Source: the human T2T-CHM13v2.0 reference genome, Homo sapiens. Taken from it: 64,000 bases of DNA. Shown piece by piece: positions 43,085 through 58,089 of this stretch; positions within the stretch are counted from its first letter, which is position 1, and the number at the start of each line of letters is the position of its first letter. Position numbers and translations under genes: made by a program. The stretch is from the NCBI RefSeq assembly GCF_009914755.1, contig NC_060941.1; one strand, written 5' to 3'. The notes beneath the pieces are model-generated. The model was not told the origin of the DNA. It saw only the letters and a list, made by a program, of their open reading frames with translations, and did no database searches.

Positions 43085-44545
43085 ATAGTTTCTATTTTGT
43101 TTTATAAAAATGGGGTTATATTACATGTTTTGTTTAGTTATTTGCTTTCTTCCCTAATTGGTATATCTTCCTCATACTTCCTCATCAATACAATTAAATC
43201 TACCTTCTTTTTTTAAAGGTTGATAGTATTCCATAGTATAGATATATTTAGTTTATTGAACCATTTCCTTGTTAATGGACATTTAAGTAGTCTCTTACTT
43301 CTTGCTATTAAAAATAAAGATTTGTAATATCATTTAACATATATCCTTTTACATATTTTTTTCTCAAAGTTAGCTGTATAGAAGTATACCTTTATTTTTG
43401 TTGGGTATATAGCATGCCATTGCGTAGTTATACCATAATTTATTTATTTCTCCTGTTTTAAGTGTTTTTTATTTTATTATCCTTATTATACATAGTACTA
43501 TAATAAATAAGCTAAATCTATAATGATTTTCTGAGGATAAATGTATAGAAGTGGTCTTGTTAGAGCAACAGGTACGCATGGTTTTAAAGCTTTCAGTTTT
43601 CATTAACAGATTCCCCTCAAGAAAAGTTGCACCAATTTGTGCTAGCCACCTCACCATATCTTCACCAATGAATGCTTGATGATAATGTATTCTTCTGAAT
43701 AACTCTGTCAATTCAATGTGTGAAAGTAGCACTTAAGTTTTTAATTTTGTACTTAATTCTGATGAGGTTTTATATTTGTCATACGCTGAGTGGTGATTTG
43801 TATTGCTTTGTTGATGGCATGTTTGCCTCCCAGCCTTCTCTTCTGTGTTTGTCTTTGTTTATTGTTTGTAAGGATTCTTTATATATTCAAGATTTGATCT
43901 CATTATATATATCTGTCACAAATGTCTTATGTTGTTTGTGTCTTGTTTTCATTTATCTTTGTTTTCATGTGCAAAAGTTAATTTTATGTAACCAAAGGTA
44001 TTTTCTTATGAGTTTCTGGTTTTTATACTATGCTTAGACTTTCCCACATGAAGATTTTGTAAATACAGTATTTATCTGCATTGTTAATATTATATTTTTA
44101 TGATTTTATATTGTATAATAAAATTTATTATTGATAAGAAATGTAGTTTGGTCAGTGGTATAAGATAGAGATATTGCCAGTTTTTAATAAATCATTAACC
44201 AGTGTTTGAATGTTCTATTCACAAAGAGTTTGTGAAGCTCTGTGCCTGGAATAAATACCTCAATTCTGCTAATGTTTTAATTGGGATTTCAATGTTTATT
44301 CGGGGATGAATTGAGAACTTTACTGTTACATCATCTTCATTTATACAAGTCTTCTTTTACGCCTCTTGAGTTCTATAGTTTTACTTAAATAGATCAGTAC
44401 ATGTATTGATAAGTGATTTTGGAAGTATTTAAAAATTTCTTTTCAGTTGATTATTTCTTGAGTTTTTCAGGAATACATCAAATAATGATTAAGTTTATCT
44501 CCTTTTTCATGTTTATGCTAATTATTTCATTTTCTGGTAATTGCC
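43085..44545 (-). mobile_element. Heavily degraded L1ME fragments
   Basis: T-rich antisense L1M motifs (tagtattccat, tggacattta, aaaagttgcaccaattt). Confidence 0.6.
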
Positions 44546-46449
44546 TCTTTGTTTAGTTATTTGCTTTCTTCCCTAATTGGTATATCTTCCTCATACTTCC
44601 TCATCAATACAATTAAATCTACCTTCTTTTTTTAGAGATTGATAGTATTCCATAGTATAGATATATAGAGATACTCTTTCTACTAGCTTTCTTCATTATA
44701 ATTTTCCGCTTCATTCTGAAGGGTCTTCTGAAATGTGTTATGTAGAGTGCTGACTTGATTTTGTTCCATCTATTTATTACATCTCATGACTTTTAACATT
44801 CTGCTGTGGCAGTTTTTGTTTCTTGTACTACTTTCCTTAACCTACTTTGTTTCATGGGGTTAGGTTTTTTCTAGAGTGTACAAATTTACTTTTTCTGTTC
44901 ATTCAGCTGATGTTTGTTGAGCATCTATTATGTTCCAAGTATCCACTTCTGAGTGTTGTGGACAGAATAAGGTGCAGGTGGCTGACAGTCTCTGTCCTCA
45001 TAGGTCTTACTCTTCAGGAGGAGTTTATAGTCTAGTGGGTCTGTGGTAAATCTTTTTCAAAATATATTCAGCCTCTTATTCTTCCATGCTACTTTTTTTT
45101 CTTTTGTACCGTAGAGTCTTTTTTAATGAGTCGCATATTGATTCATTTTACCTCTCTGTATCTTTCTCCCTTCCGGAAAGAAGACAACACTATCCAGACA
45201 GTAGTTACACCCCAAATGAATGTAAGCTCCATGGGGTGGGGCATTTTGTCTGTTTGCACTGTTCTGTCTTCTATACCTACAGCAGTGCCTGGCACGTAGT
45301 AAGCGCTCATTGTGTATCGGTTGAACGGATGCAGGGTTGGATTTTTATTCATCACCTAACAGTTTCACTTGTTGGAGTTCGCTCGCATTTTAAGTAAGAG
45401 GAACCAAGGCTATCAGTTTGCATTTACTGGTTTAGCAGTTCTGTGGCCTGATGGAGGGAAGGAGGGCACAACAAACGAGGGAACTTTTTCTCCGAAAGGT
45501 TTTTTTTTTTTTTTTAAACCATGTCTCTGAAACCGCAGGGCCAATGTCCTGTTTCCCAAATCTGGTTTTTAGTGTCGTCTGCTTCTCCTCTCTGCATATG
45601 GTATGTCTGTGTCCAGCCTCTTCTCTGGTGCTGTGGCCTGCTGAGTTGGAAGAATACCACAGTGTGCCAAAGTATGGTGGCAATGGGTGGCTTGCTACAC
45701 TGTGTGAAGCCATCAGAAAAGTGTTCTGCCTTGTCTCAGTGAGAATTATGTCAAGTTGAGGCCCTGCTTTCTCATTTTGGCACGACCCTCTACCCCTTTC
45801 AGTCCCTCTAGCTGTGATATAGCTGCCTCTAAGCTCTCCTGCACTGTGGTGACAAAGGGACTTTCTGGGGAGTGGGCTCATCTGGCCATGGCTCACCCTG
45901 GCTTCTGTCCTTGCTCCTTACCAGGAAGGAATAATGAGTATGGTTAGAATAGCCTTGATTTCCCATATTTATTTCCCATATTTATCCATTCCTTATTAGT
46001 AGCTATTTATGTAGTGTATTTTTTTGCTATTTAAATAATGAATGTAGTGACCCAGTCCTCAGTAACTGTCTTCAGTTTAGTCTCATCTGTGCTATATTTA
46101 ACAAACGCTTCTTGAGGTTTTTAGTATCCTGTCTTTACCTAATTTATTGCTTCTGCAGATTTTTCTTCAATTTTCATTTTTATTCCATCATTTCAGTTGG
46201 TTTCTGTGGGGCTGGGGCTCTACAAATGCTTTAGCCAAAGTTCCAATTTAGACAGAAAAAAAAAAATTTAGCTAGGCTACTCTGTTTTCTTATGATTTAT
46301 TTGTTAAGATGGGATTTAATTGCCTTAAGTTCAATTTGATTTTAATTGAACTGATTGTAAGTATAAGATGCTATGGTAGATGCCAGGGGAAGGTAAAGAT
46401 AAATTTTGTAAGAATGATAATCACTCTCAAAATATATTGAGAACTTTAA

Positions 46450-46855
46450 AGAAGAAAAAAAACTGAGTTGAGAATTGGCTCAACATCACATAAGTGAAAA
46501 TTTGAAAAACAATGACTTAAACAAGTAAAGGGTTTATAATTTCATGTGTCAAGGATTCTGAGGTTAGGAGTCTGTAGATGGTGCTTAAGGATGTTGCCAA
46601 CATACCTGGTACCTTCTTTGTCTGTTATCATTAGCTTGTGGTTTTTGTCCTCAGACCATGAGATGACTTCCATACCGTCATCATCATATTGTATTCTGGG
46701 CAGAAAGAAGAAATGAGAAGGAAATGTGGAAAGGCAGAAACCTCCTTATAAGACTTTGCCTCTTAATTTGGGAGGGAAAGTTCTTGATAGGAATTTATTA
46801 TGTCTCATTGGCCAGGAGTGTGCCACGTGGCTACCTCCAGCTGCAAGGGAGGTTT
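46450..46855 (-). mobile_element. Old MLT1 (J/K-like) LTR
   Basis: aatgacttaaacaa...tctcattggccaggagtgtgccacgtggctacctccagctgcaagggagg. Confidence 0.6.
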
Positions 46856-49800
46856 TAAATTATGGCATAATTCTTACATCTATCATTTTAAAAGCCCAAA
46901 TATCTTAAATTCAGCCTAGTCAACTCTGCCAGTAGCCAACTTCTCTGTCCTGATAGCCCTCACTGGGCTCTCTCATTATTCAGTACATCCCCTTCTTGGA
47001 GGAGGACATGAAGCTGCCTGCCTCTTCTCTACCCAGTTTTTCCAAAGAAAAATAAAATACCACTCTTTAGTCTGCTCTGTGACTACCACCACATATGTGT
47101 GCTTTAAATGCAGTATATTTAAATGAAGACTGACTTGCCAGCTTGGCATTTACTTTTCCATTAGTGGTTGTGGATGTGTACTGATCTGGCAGCAGTTTCT
47201 CCCTGTCATCTTGATAATCAAATACACATTTGGAGACTCCTGGTTTGGGTTGGGTTATATGTAGTCAGTACTGGACTGTCCAACAGAGCTAGCCCAAGTG
47301 TACATCTTCATGAAAAAGTGTAGGTGGTTGATGGAACTTCAGCTAAACCAGAAAGCAAACCAGGTGGCAAAGCTGTTAGTGAACGTTGAAGAAGTTGAAG
47401 AACACCGTAAGCTTTCCTCTCTCTCACTTCTTGTTGCATTCCAACAGTTGTTGAAGGCTTTGCCTTCTTGCTCAGTTTTCTTCTTTATCCAAGATTCTAC
47501 CATCAACCTAGAAAACTTCACTATTTCTAGGAGTTCTCAAACTTCATATGCCTTCTGAGATGCTTGTTATAATGCAAATGTGTAGCCATCACCTCCATAA
47601 ATTCCTTCACTCTGGGTCTGGGGTAGGGTCTAGAATTGTGTATTTTAATGGTCCCCATAGCATACTTTGAGACACACTCTTCTAATCTGTAGAACCGATT
47701 CAACACTCTCTCCTAGCTCTTTACTGTCAGCACACTGCCTTGCTTCCCATTACTCACAAGAATATGTTTATTTCCCATTAAGGGAGACCTCTGCAACTTA
47801 CAGCTAACCTAGTCTATCTGAATTCTTACCTTTTTTTGCTTCTTCTCTCCTCTGCCTGTTCTCCCGCTTGTCCCCTTCAGTGGGTGGCACTTTCAGCCTG
47901 ACACCTGGGGTCCTCTTAGATTCTGCAAGTCCAAGCAGATCTCCCTCTATCTACTATGTGGAGAGAATGTTATCTGAATCACTCGAGGGAAGCAAATGAT
48001 TGCCTCTCAACCTGCAGGTCAGACTTGCCTGGGTGCTTAATAATCATTTTGGGTTTTATGAAGGGCTTGGTTTTTACTTCAAAGCAAAGCATTGTAGCAT
48101 CTTATTTATTAAGATTAAGGAATGAAACACTTAAGATAAATGAATTTTAAAAGAATGTTACAAGATTGTCTCTTATACTAAGAAAGTTTTTGCTTAACTG
48201 TTTATTTTGGAAAACCTTTCCAAAATGTATATAAAGTTTTAAATTTACTAGTAGCTTTAAAAAATATATTAAATAAGAAGGAAGAATAGTAAACTTGACA
48301 ATTAAGAATGAAAAGAAGAATGCTGCATGTCAGTGAGCTTTTACAAGGATGCAGAGATGCATTTTTGTTCATAGTTACTCTGAGATATTTTATCTGTAGA
48401 TGGAGAGTGACTACTTGGAACATTCTCTCAGCCTGTGGATTTTGTGCTTTCTGTTCTCTCTGTCTCAAACATGTATACCTCACCATCTTACGTGTTTGCC
48501 AGGTTAACTCCTTTTTATCCTTCAGTCTTCAACTTTGACATCACTTTTGGGAAGTCTTCTGGGTTTGGAGGTCCTTCTATGTTCAGAGTTCCTCACCTGC
48601 TGAATCACTGTTACCTTGTGTAATAATTAATGCCTGTTCACTTTTCTGAATCTTTATCAGAGTGAAAGCCCCAAGAGGGCCGGGAACACATCTGTCTTGT
48701 TGACTATTACATTTCCATTGCCCAGCGCGGTGCCTTGCAAATAATAGGTGCTCAAAAAATAGTAGCTCAATGGAGAAAAGAAGTGTAGCGAACTAGCTTG
48801 CCACCATTTGTAGAATTTTGAACAGCTTAGCCTTTTAATTACAAATAATTATTTTACTGTACTGTAGTAGTTTAGTGGTTAGTGATGACAGAAAGCATTG
48901 TGTCTAAACTGTTAGGCAGCTGTGCATTTATAGTTACTTGGTCTGCTTTTCAGTGTCTCTTTCAACTGCTGTCATTGTGTCTTGAAGTTTTTAGTCTGTT
49001 ACGCGATTTTGTATTCAGGATAATTGTGGAGGATTGGAGATGGCCCCACTGTGTTTTTCTTAAAGTTCATCAAATTTGTGAAAACTGTACCAGTGGGAGC
49101 TCAGAGGGATCTGCAAAGACTTTGCTTTGTCCTGTTATCAGTGAATTGCTATTAGGTTTGACAAACTATTGATTTTCAGTTTTGCTTAAAGGAACAGCAA
49201 CACCAATAAGGGAAGTCTTTTAGTTGTTGATCATCTCAAAAGTATTTCTAAAAGATTCTTGCTAGAAAGCTCTTTTGAATGCTTAGAATAACATAACCAA
49301 CATTCTTGCCTAACCAATTAATAGGAATAAATGAAAATTCCCAAAGGAAAAGGAAACAATGATACATTAATATATATGTATGCAGTTAGGTCCAGATGTA
49401 AATCATGAGTGAGTAATTGCACAGAAATTGCATCCTGAGTAGGCATTCTAAGGAAGTTGATTCTTCTGCAGTATTTTCGAGATTTAAATAAATGTAAAAG
49501 CATTTTACTGATTTGTTATATGTGTTCTGCAAAATAAGCACAGGTAGCTAAACGCTAAATACCATCAAAGTCGGAACGATACTTGAAATGGAGACTTAAT
49601 TCTTTAAGTGTTTATCTTGTACAATATCTGCTCTCTGGATAAACACAGTTGTAATTTTGATGTGAAACTGAGATAAAGCTTTATTTTTGTGAACACTGTC
49701 CAACTAACAATTTTTTTGCCAAACTCAGTTTTGAAACTACATGTTTCTGCTTCTTAAAAGTTTCAGTTTTGTTCAACAGTTTATAGGCACCAGTTTTATG

Positions 49801-50631
49801 GAATTTTTTAAAGTTAATTAAAAAGGTTATAAATTTTTGGTTATTGAGTATATGAAGTAAATTGAGTTTCTTTATTGAGAAGAACAAACTAAAACAGGAT
49901 GATAAGGTAGAAAAGCTCTTTGGTTCAAGGAAAAGCGATAATTGAAAGAACAAGCTTAGGATCTCACTCAGTGTTACAAAATTAGCTTAATATAACAGCT
50001 TTTATTTATGTATTTATCAAGCCCGATAGATACTTCATTTTCCTTTTTCTGAATGCTAATTGTAAATGTCAACCAAATGCTTCCTGGTGAACTGCCTTGG
50101 TGACCATACTTAAATGCTTCATTTTGGAATCAGTATTGCTTAGTAAATTTGAAGGTATGAGATTTAATTTGGTCCTAGGACTTTCAGTCTAACTTTCATC
50201 ATTAATTGTATGAAAAATAAGAAAGGAAAACAGGAAGCCCTAATAAATTCTTACCTTTGTGGCTGTGGTGTTAAAAACCTGTATTAAAAGTCTTATCTTT
50301 TAACCAGAAGTGGTTATAGTTTGTAATCAGTTAGGCCCCTGATTGATACCTTTTAATATGGCTGAGAAAAAAATAGCACGTCTCATATCAATTGACTTTT
50401 CATCTGAACTTAACAATAAGCATGAGAATTACCACCTTCTCTGATATGTCTCTTGAGAAGACAACTATATTATGTGGTTCACAGAATGCTGCCAAGCTGT
50501 GAAGCCTAAAAAACTCACTTAAGTTAGAAATTCAACTATTTGAAGCTTAAGGTGCTAATAAAAAAGAGATGAAAATCATTAAGTATAGCTATTTAGTAAA
50601 AAGTACACTCTCATTTAAAAATCAAAAAAGA

Positions 50632-50762
50632 CTTAACTCCTTCCTCTGAATTAAGTTATATAATTTTGACCTTTGAAATCTACTAGCAAAAGCTTAACTC
50701 CTTCCTCTGAATTAAGTTATACAATTTTGAACTTTGAGATCTGCTAACAAAAGCTTAATTCC
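50632..50762. repeat. 61-bp tandem duplication (2.1 copies)
   Basis: Units start CTTAACTCCTTCCTCTGAATTAAGTTATA at 50632 and 50693; 5 mismatches by eye. Confidence 0.95.
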
Positions 50763-51719
50763 ATTGCTTGGGCACACACATAAACAAAACCACATACAAA
50801 TTCATTAACTGCCTACTCTTGGTCAGCTTTCCACGTTAAACAGCTTTAAAGAGATTATATCTCAAGTTTATGGGACTTGGATTACAGTGTTGCATAGTAT
50901 CTGCTATCAAGGATAATGAGATATAATAGATTACAAGGGTAATTTGAAATCTATAGAAAATCTTAGAGTTTCATTTAGCCAGTGGCTTTAATCTTGCTCC
51001 CAAATCTTTTATCAGAATTGATAGTTATCCAACTTGATTTTTTGGACTTTTGTTTTTTCTCTTAGTTCTTTTGTGGCCAGTGCTAAAAAATAGTGAGTCA
51101 TTAAGACACAGAGAAATAAGAAAAGGAAGATGTAGCTGACCCATTTTTTAACGTAATCTTTACAGTTATTTTTAGTTGATGATTTTAGAAAATTGAGTAC
51201 AGTCATTATGCTTATGCTTAGAGACCAATACTCCCAAAGTAGTGGGACTTAAAAAAAAACAAATTCTTGATAAAGTTGCTTCTTCAAGAAAACCTCTTGC
51301 ATATTGGAAAAGCTAAAACATTTCAAGTGGTTCTCTGCTGCCCTGCAAAGTATACTGTGAGGTTAGAACTAGGGGCCTGGCTAAATTTGTACTGCGAGTC
51401 CTGTAAAAGCCTCCATTTATGGGTGACAGATAAAGCCCCTTCTGTTGCAGAAGTAACAGCATGCATGGCAGGGCTGCTTCTGCCCACCTCCAGTATGGGA
51501 CTCCCTCTGTGACTCCTTCCAATTCCCCCTTACAATCTAGAGGAAGAAGCGTCATCATGGATCCTATGCCAGAGATACAGTGTTAAAGCCTGTCTTGCCT
51601 GGTTTGTGATTTTGTGATCAGCTAGGTGATTGTGTGTTTGTATGTGCTTCATTCCTTCAGTTAGTGGAATTTTCTTTTTCTGAAAATGAGTCTTTGTAGT
51701 ACTTACTAAAGAATATTCT

Positions 51720-51880
51720 GGCTGGGCATGGTGGCCCATGCCTGTAATCCCAGTGCTTTGGGAAGCAGAGTCAGAGGTGGAGGAATCACTTGAGGCCAGG
51801 AGTTGAAGGCTGCTGTGAGCTCTGATTGTGCCACTGCACTGCAGCCTGGGTGACAGAGCAAAACCCTGCCTCTGAAAAAA
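51720..51880 (+). mobile_element. FRAM/FAM-type Alu monomer
   Basis: About 160 bp single arm with short A tail. Confidence 0.82.
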
Positions 51881-53339
51881 AGGGAGAGCCAAATATTAGA
51901 CATAAACCATATGATTCTCTTGATTAGACCCTGGTAGATTTTACTACCAGTAATTTGCTCATGGTTGTCCATATAGAAAATCAGACATTAGTACCTACAA
52001 TTGCTTGCTTTGCTTTTTATTTTAGAGCCAGTTTCTCCAGTTTATTAGTCCTGTACTTTATCAGTAAAAAGAACTTTAAGTGTACTTATGTATATTTATA
52101 ATATTTATGCTATTATATATAAATATATATAAATGGATAGTTACATATAAATAAAATTCATGTATTCTTACACTGATATATTCATTTTAAGATATGCAAA
52201 ATGTGGGTTTAAAAAGAAAGGGTTAAAAAATTAAACATAAGTGAAAGTTCTCCTGTTTTCTTACCATGTCCCTGTGGTATCCACACCTTTCTTTGAAATG
52301 CAGTATTTTTGAGATTTTAATAAATGTAAAAGCATTTTGGCACACTGAAGTGCTTTGCAAATGTAAGTTTGTTTTTATCATTATTATTTTTAGTCTACAT
52401 TTATTAAAGGGTTGCTATCTGTTCACTCCCCTGGAGGAGACAGAGAGATAACTTAGATTATAGTACAGAAGCATACAGAGTGTGGTGTGAAGTGTTTTGT
52501 TGTTTCTCTAAATTCTTTTAGCACTGCTTTGAAATGTAAAGTCCAAGTGCAGTGACCAGAGAAATATTTCACCTATAATTTTATGAACCACATTTAAATA
52601 ATTTCCAAGAGCACTGCTTATTAAGCCCTTATTATTTACCAGACACTGTGCTCAGTGCATTTGATATAGTCAGAAACTGTTGTGTCTGTAGAAGGTGCCC
52701 TTGGCACGGACAGGAGCCTGGAAGTCAAGTATAGTTGGTTACTAGCGACATTTAGCTTGGAGGGACAGAAACTGTAGGAATAGTGGGATTTGCATAATTG
52801 AAGGGTTGTGCTAAGAAAAAAAAAAGTTAATTCACTGCTGCTCCAGAACACAGAAATTGCATCTTAAGTAAGTATTTCACGGAAGTTGATTCTGACTTAA
52901 TTGGAGAAGGAACTGTCGAACAGCTAGAGCTCTTCTGTAGCAGAAGGGGTTGCCCAAGGAGAAATAATTTCCTGTCACCAGATTTGGAGAGACTATACAC
53001 TGAGATGTTGGAGAAAGGATTTACATTAGGAGAGAAATTAGACTAGTTGACCCTAAATCCTCTTTGACCTTTTTGGATTTGATTATTTGAAGTACTGAAT
53101 TATGTTTAGCTCCTTTGTAGTAGCTGCTTAAAAGTAATGAAGCCCTTTGTCACCACCTTCAAAATACTTACAGCGAACTCTGTTTGCACTGTTGCCATCC
53201 TACCCAGGCCCTCATCGCCTCCCACCTAGCGCCCTGCAGTAACCTTTAAGTGGTTCCCTGAGTAAATTTTCCTCCACTCCAATCAGTCCTCTGTGTTGCT
53301 GGTAGACTAGTCCTTTTTAAATGTTACCCTCATTACAGT

Positions 53340-53720
53340 ACATATTAATTTTCTATTGCAGTGAAGCACATTACCACAAATTTAGCAGCTTAAAGCAACA
53401 CAAAGTTATTGTTTCACTGTTTCAACAGGTAGAAGTCCAGGCATGATGTGTCTAGACACCCTGCTCAGGGTCTAACCGGGCTGAATTCAAGGTGTTGGTT
53501 GAGACTGTTCTCATCTGGGGCTTAGGGTCTTCTTCCGGGCTCACTGGTTGTTGGTAGAATTCATTTCTTTGCAACTCTAGGACTGAAGTCCCTGTATTCC
53601 TTCTAGCTGCCAGCATGGCTTGCTCTTAGCTCCTGGAAGCAGCCTGTAGTGCTTGCTTTGCCCTTGTAAGTACATGGCCCTCATAAGCAGTTCTCATTGT
53701 GGAGGTTTGCTTTCTTCTCA
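53340..53720 (-). mobile_element. MLT1E-like LTR
   Basis: ttaccacaaatttagcagcttaaa.caacac...gttgttggtagaattcatttctttgca. Confidence 0.75.
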
Positions 53721-53732
53721 CCCAGTCAAGGA

Positions 53733-54128
53733 TGTTTCAGTCTGTTTTCTTTTGCTTATGGAACTAGGTAATTTATAAAGAAAAGGCATTTATTTCTTAC
53801 AGTTATGGAGTCTGAGAAGTCCAAGGTCCAGGGCCGCCTCTGGTGAGGGTCTTCTTGACAGTGAGGACTCTGTAGAGTCCCAGGCAGCACAAGGCATGGC
53901 ATGGTGAGAAGGTTGAGTGTGCTAGCCCAGGTCTGTCTTCCTCTTCTTATAAAGCCACCAGTCCCACTCCTATGATAGTCTATTAACCCATTAATACATT
54001 AATCCATTCATGAGGGCTGGGCCCCCATGACCCAGTCACCTCTTATAGGCCCAACTTCTTAGTACTGCCACATCGGGGATTAAGTTTCAACATGAATTTC
54101 TGAGGGGACCAACTTTCAGACCATAGCC
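53733..54128 (-). mobile_element. MSTB-like MaLR LTR
   Basis: gagaagtccaagg...cttcttataaagccaccagtcccactcc...ggggattaagtttcaacatga. Confidence 0.85.
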
Positions 54129-54177
54129 CAGGGCATATCTCATTGTGATTGTTTCAAAATTTTTAAATGTAGGTGTG

Positions 54178-54514
<337 letters not shown>

Positions 54515-55650
54515 TAAATTGTGGGAAACATAGTGGGAACTTATTCCTGGAGAAGGCAGAGGCAGATAAGAGAACATCTGGAGCAAATGAATCCTGGACA
54601 ACAGATTGGACCTAGTAGTCAGGACCATCTTTAGTGAGGGCTGCTACTGGATCTCTTTTCATGGAGAAGCTTGAGGTTCTCTACCTGGCTTTCCACCCAG
54701 GAGTGGGGATGAGTCAAGCTCTGTTGGTTTGGGAATATTACTCTCCCATGGGCTCCCAGAGTCATTCCTGGGCCTGCAGTGCAGTGCCTCTGGGCCCATA
54801 TTAGATGGGTCATGCTTCATTGGCAACATTGATTTTATGTTTATTTGTGAAAGGGCAGAATACGAGATTACCAAATAAAATATAATTTCAGGTATTATTA
54901 ATGAGGGAATAGATTGCATTCACTTTTAATGAGATTTTGCTGTTACAAAATGATTCCATGTAATGAACCCCAGGAAATCAATGGAAAGTTTAATTACAGC
55001 TATGGCAGTGTTGTATGAGAAAATCGCTTTGGTCAATTTTACTCGTACAATTTATCCGTCCTCACTGCCTTTTTCAAATTAATTGCTTTGATGAAATAAG
55101 TATAAATACATTCTTTGTTAGCTTTTGGGTTTTTTTTTTTAGAAATGTGTTACAAAATTCAAATTTCCTTCTCTCTAGTAATAGTTGTTATTATTTTTAC
55201 ATGTATTACCATTTACAATTTGTACATTTTAAAATTAGGTAGTATTTCCATTTTGTAAATTTCATCATTATTATGTCTTACTATAAAACACCGTTCTTTT
55301 CCCTTTGTTAGCTTTTTATAAATCACTTTTTGTCTCTTCTCAATTTATCAGTAGATTCAGTCAAACATTTGATGTACTTTCTCTGTGCTTCATCACCCCA
55401 TCAAGCTCTGGGGTGAATAAAAAGAATAACAAGATACTTCCTCCTCTGATTAACAGTTTTCCTGTCATGTAACTACATACCCTTTTCAATTTTAAACAAA
55501 ATGAACTTTCTTTTTAGAACATTTCTATTATTGACAGTTCAGTGATTATGGGGCTTTCTTGTCCACTGGGATGGTAAATGACTTAAAAAAATTTGTTAAG
55601 CACAATACAAAATGTGGATCTGGATATTTAGAGATATTTAAAGTATAATA

Positions 55651-55895
55651 CATCGTCCCTTGGAGTATCCCTGGGGGATTGGCTCTAGTATCCCATCTCT
55701 AGTTTACTTATGACACCTAATGCAATGTAAATGCTATGTAAATAATTGTCGTACTGTATTGTTTACAGAATAATGACAGGAAAAAAAAAGTCTGTACATA
55801 CTCATTATAGATGTAACTATTTTCTTTCCACATATTTTTGATCCAAGGTTGATTGAATCCACAGATGTGGAACCTATGGATACAGAAGTCTTCTA
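55651..55895. mobile_element. MER2 (Tigger) with internal deletion
   Basis: gtatcc.tgggggattgg...aatgtaaatgctatgtaaata...ttgaatccacagatgtggaacc.atggatacaga. Confidence 0.82.
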
Positions 55896-58089
55896 TTTTT
55901 GTGACTCTAGATTTTACTAACTGTTTATCGAGAATGTTATAGTAGATTTTCTTTTAACTATTACAGTTGTTTATGAGTAGTAAACAACGCTACGTTTGTG
56001 TTCAAGGCCTTAAAATATAGTCAGATTATTTTGGCTGATTTACTCTATGGAGAGAAGCAGTTTACTTAGTTTGATTTTAAGAGAGAAACCTCTGCAGTCT
56101 CCTTTTCCCTCAAATTCTCCCATTGATACTATCAGCCTTTCTTCTGCATGGTAGAATTCTGATACAAAAGAGAGGCAGCCTGGATGTTAAGGATTTTTCT
56201 TCTAGTCCTGGTTGTCACTGACGCAATATGTGAAGAGTCGCCTAACCAGTCTGGAGAGCTCTTGAGTCTTGCAAAAAAAATGACTCTTGTTCTTTAACAC
56301 TGGCCTGTCCAGGAGGTTTTGCAATTTATGGTGTGATATCTACAAAGAACGAAAAAGCTTCCTCAAAGATGGGTGCTATTTGAGTATTCTAAATGGAGCT
56401 TTGTTGTTTGCTTTAAAAATAGTGCCTTTCTTGATGGTCTTTAAATGTGTGCAGGTAAAACTAAATGGCCTATGACAGGAGAGACTGTTCGTTCCCCATT
56501 GGCACAAGGGTAAAATATACCTGCGACTACTGTTTTCAGAGTCAGTAATCACCATGGCATTTTCCTTTGGGCATAAGTTGTTAACAGAATTAGATAGCTA
56601 AAACTTTTTCCAGAATGTTTACTTTGAAATTGAGTATTCTACCTTTGATTGCTGCCCTCTGCTCCATGTGATTCTTTGCTGCTGTTAGGTACCTTGTGTG
56701 TACTTGTTGTGTTATGACTTGTAGTAGCATATATGGGCCAGAACAGGCTGTACCCCTAAGCAGAGGAGATGTGAGAGGGGACAACACATGCTTTCTGGCC
56801 TAGACTCCCCACCTCAGCCATGCTACCTTTCTCCTGAATGTGTGTGTCTTCATGACTTCTGATTAGCCTCTCGTTTGCCTTCAGCTCCTAATCTGCTCAT
56901 CTTCCTGTAATCTTTATCCGAACCTGCACCCTCATTCCTGAACCTTGCTCTCTACTTATATCTGTGCATGTCTCTCGTTTCTGGAGGTAAATCTTCCCCC
57001 AGGAGATTCAGATGCACACCATATTTGGGAACAACTGAGTTAAAGGAAGGACCCCTTGCCAAAATACTTGTGCTCTAGGTACTTTGAGTTGAGATAGTTA
57101 TACTTAAGGCACCTTACGAACTACCATCGAACCCAGCCATAGTATTCATTTGATTTAGCAATATCAAGAAATCCGTGACCCATCTAGATATTAGGGAAGG
57201 GGCTTGTTCATATGGTACAACTATAAAGGATTATTGTAAGTTGCTGATAAGACTAGATTGAAGAACATACCAGCCAATTCATGATTATTAGGAGGAACTA
57301 CCAGTTTCTCCAGCATGTACCTCCTGATGCCAATAGTGGTGCCTTCCTGTTCTGCTTGCTGTAGCCCCCCTCATGGTTACTGGACACCCATGCCACCTTA
57401 TTGTCTTGATGCATGTCCCCAAATATTCTTTGTGTCTTTCATTCTTTTCCTTCCCCCCATCTGTAAAGGTCTGACTTTTTCACATACTTCTCTGCATCAT
57501 GCATGCTGCCCCTTGATCTCATGCATTCCCTCAGGCTCAGGCATGGCCTCTAGGCAACTCCAGAGCTTCATGCCTCTCCAGTCTCTCAAGTCTCCCTCCT
57601 GAGCTTTAGTTTCATATTTCGTCTGCGTTCTTTATATTTCTACCTGGATGTCCCACGGTTTCTCAAAACAGCACATGTTCCTAAGGCCAGCTAGCTTCAT
57701 CACCTCTTTCCCTAATGTCCTTACTTCTGTTAATGTTATCATTCCTTTCCATGTCACCCAAGTGCATGGTAAATGGTAAAGTGCACTTTTCCATTCATTC
57801 TTTTTTGTTGTTTTATCTTCCTACCTCTCCCAGTTACCAGGTCCTAACAATTCTCTAATCAAAATATCCCATTTTTACAACCCTTATTCACAATGAATTA
57901 ATGGCATGGCCTCTTAACATGTTTCTCTGGAAAACTCTCTGCCTCTCTTAAGTCACAGTGCACAGATACTTCCACTTATAGATTGCCTTCTTGCATTAGA
58001 CTTTCAGTGACTCTGCACTGCCAACCAACCAAACTACAAACTCCTCAGCTTGCTATTCTGCAGTCTGACATTTGCCACCTTTCCTCCTG

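Noticed and set aside
45432-45947. Cluster of 63-154 aa ORFs in intron 3
   Set aside because: No recognisable homology or splice structure; crosses a poly(T) run
50632-50762. Repeat that might be taken for a CRISPR-like array
   Set aside because: Two contiguous units with no unique spacers, in mammalian DNA
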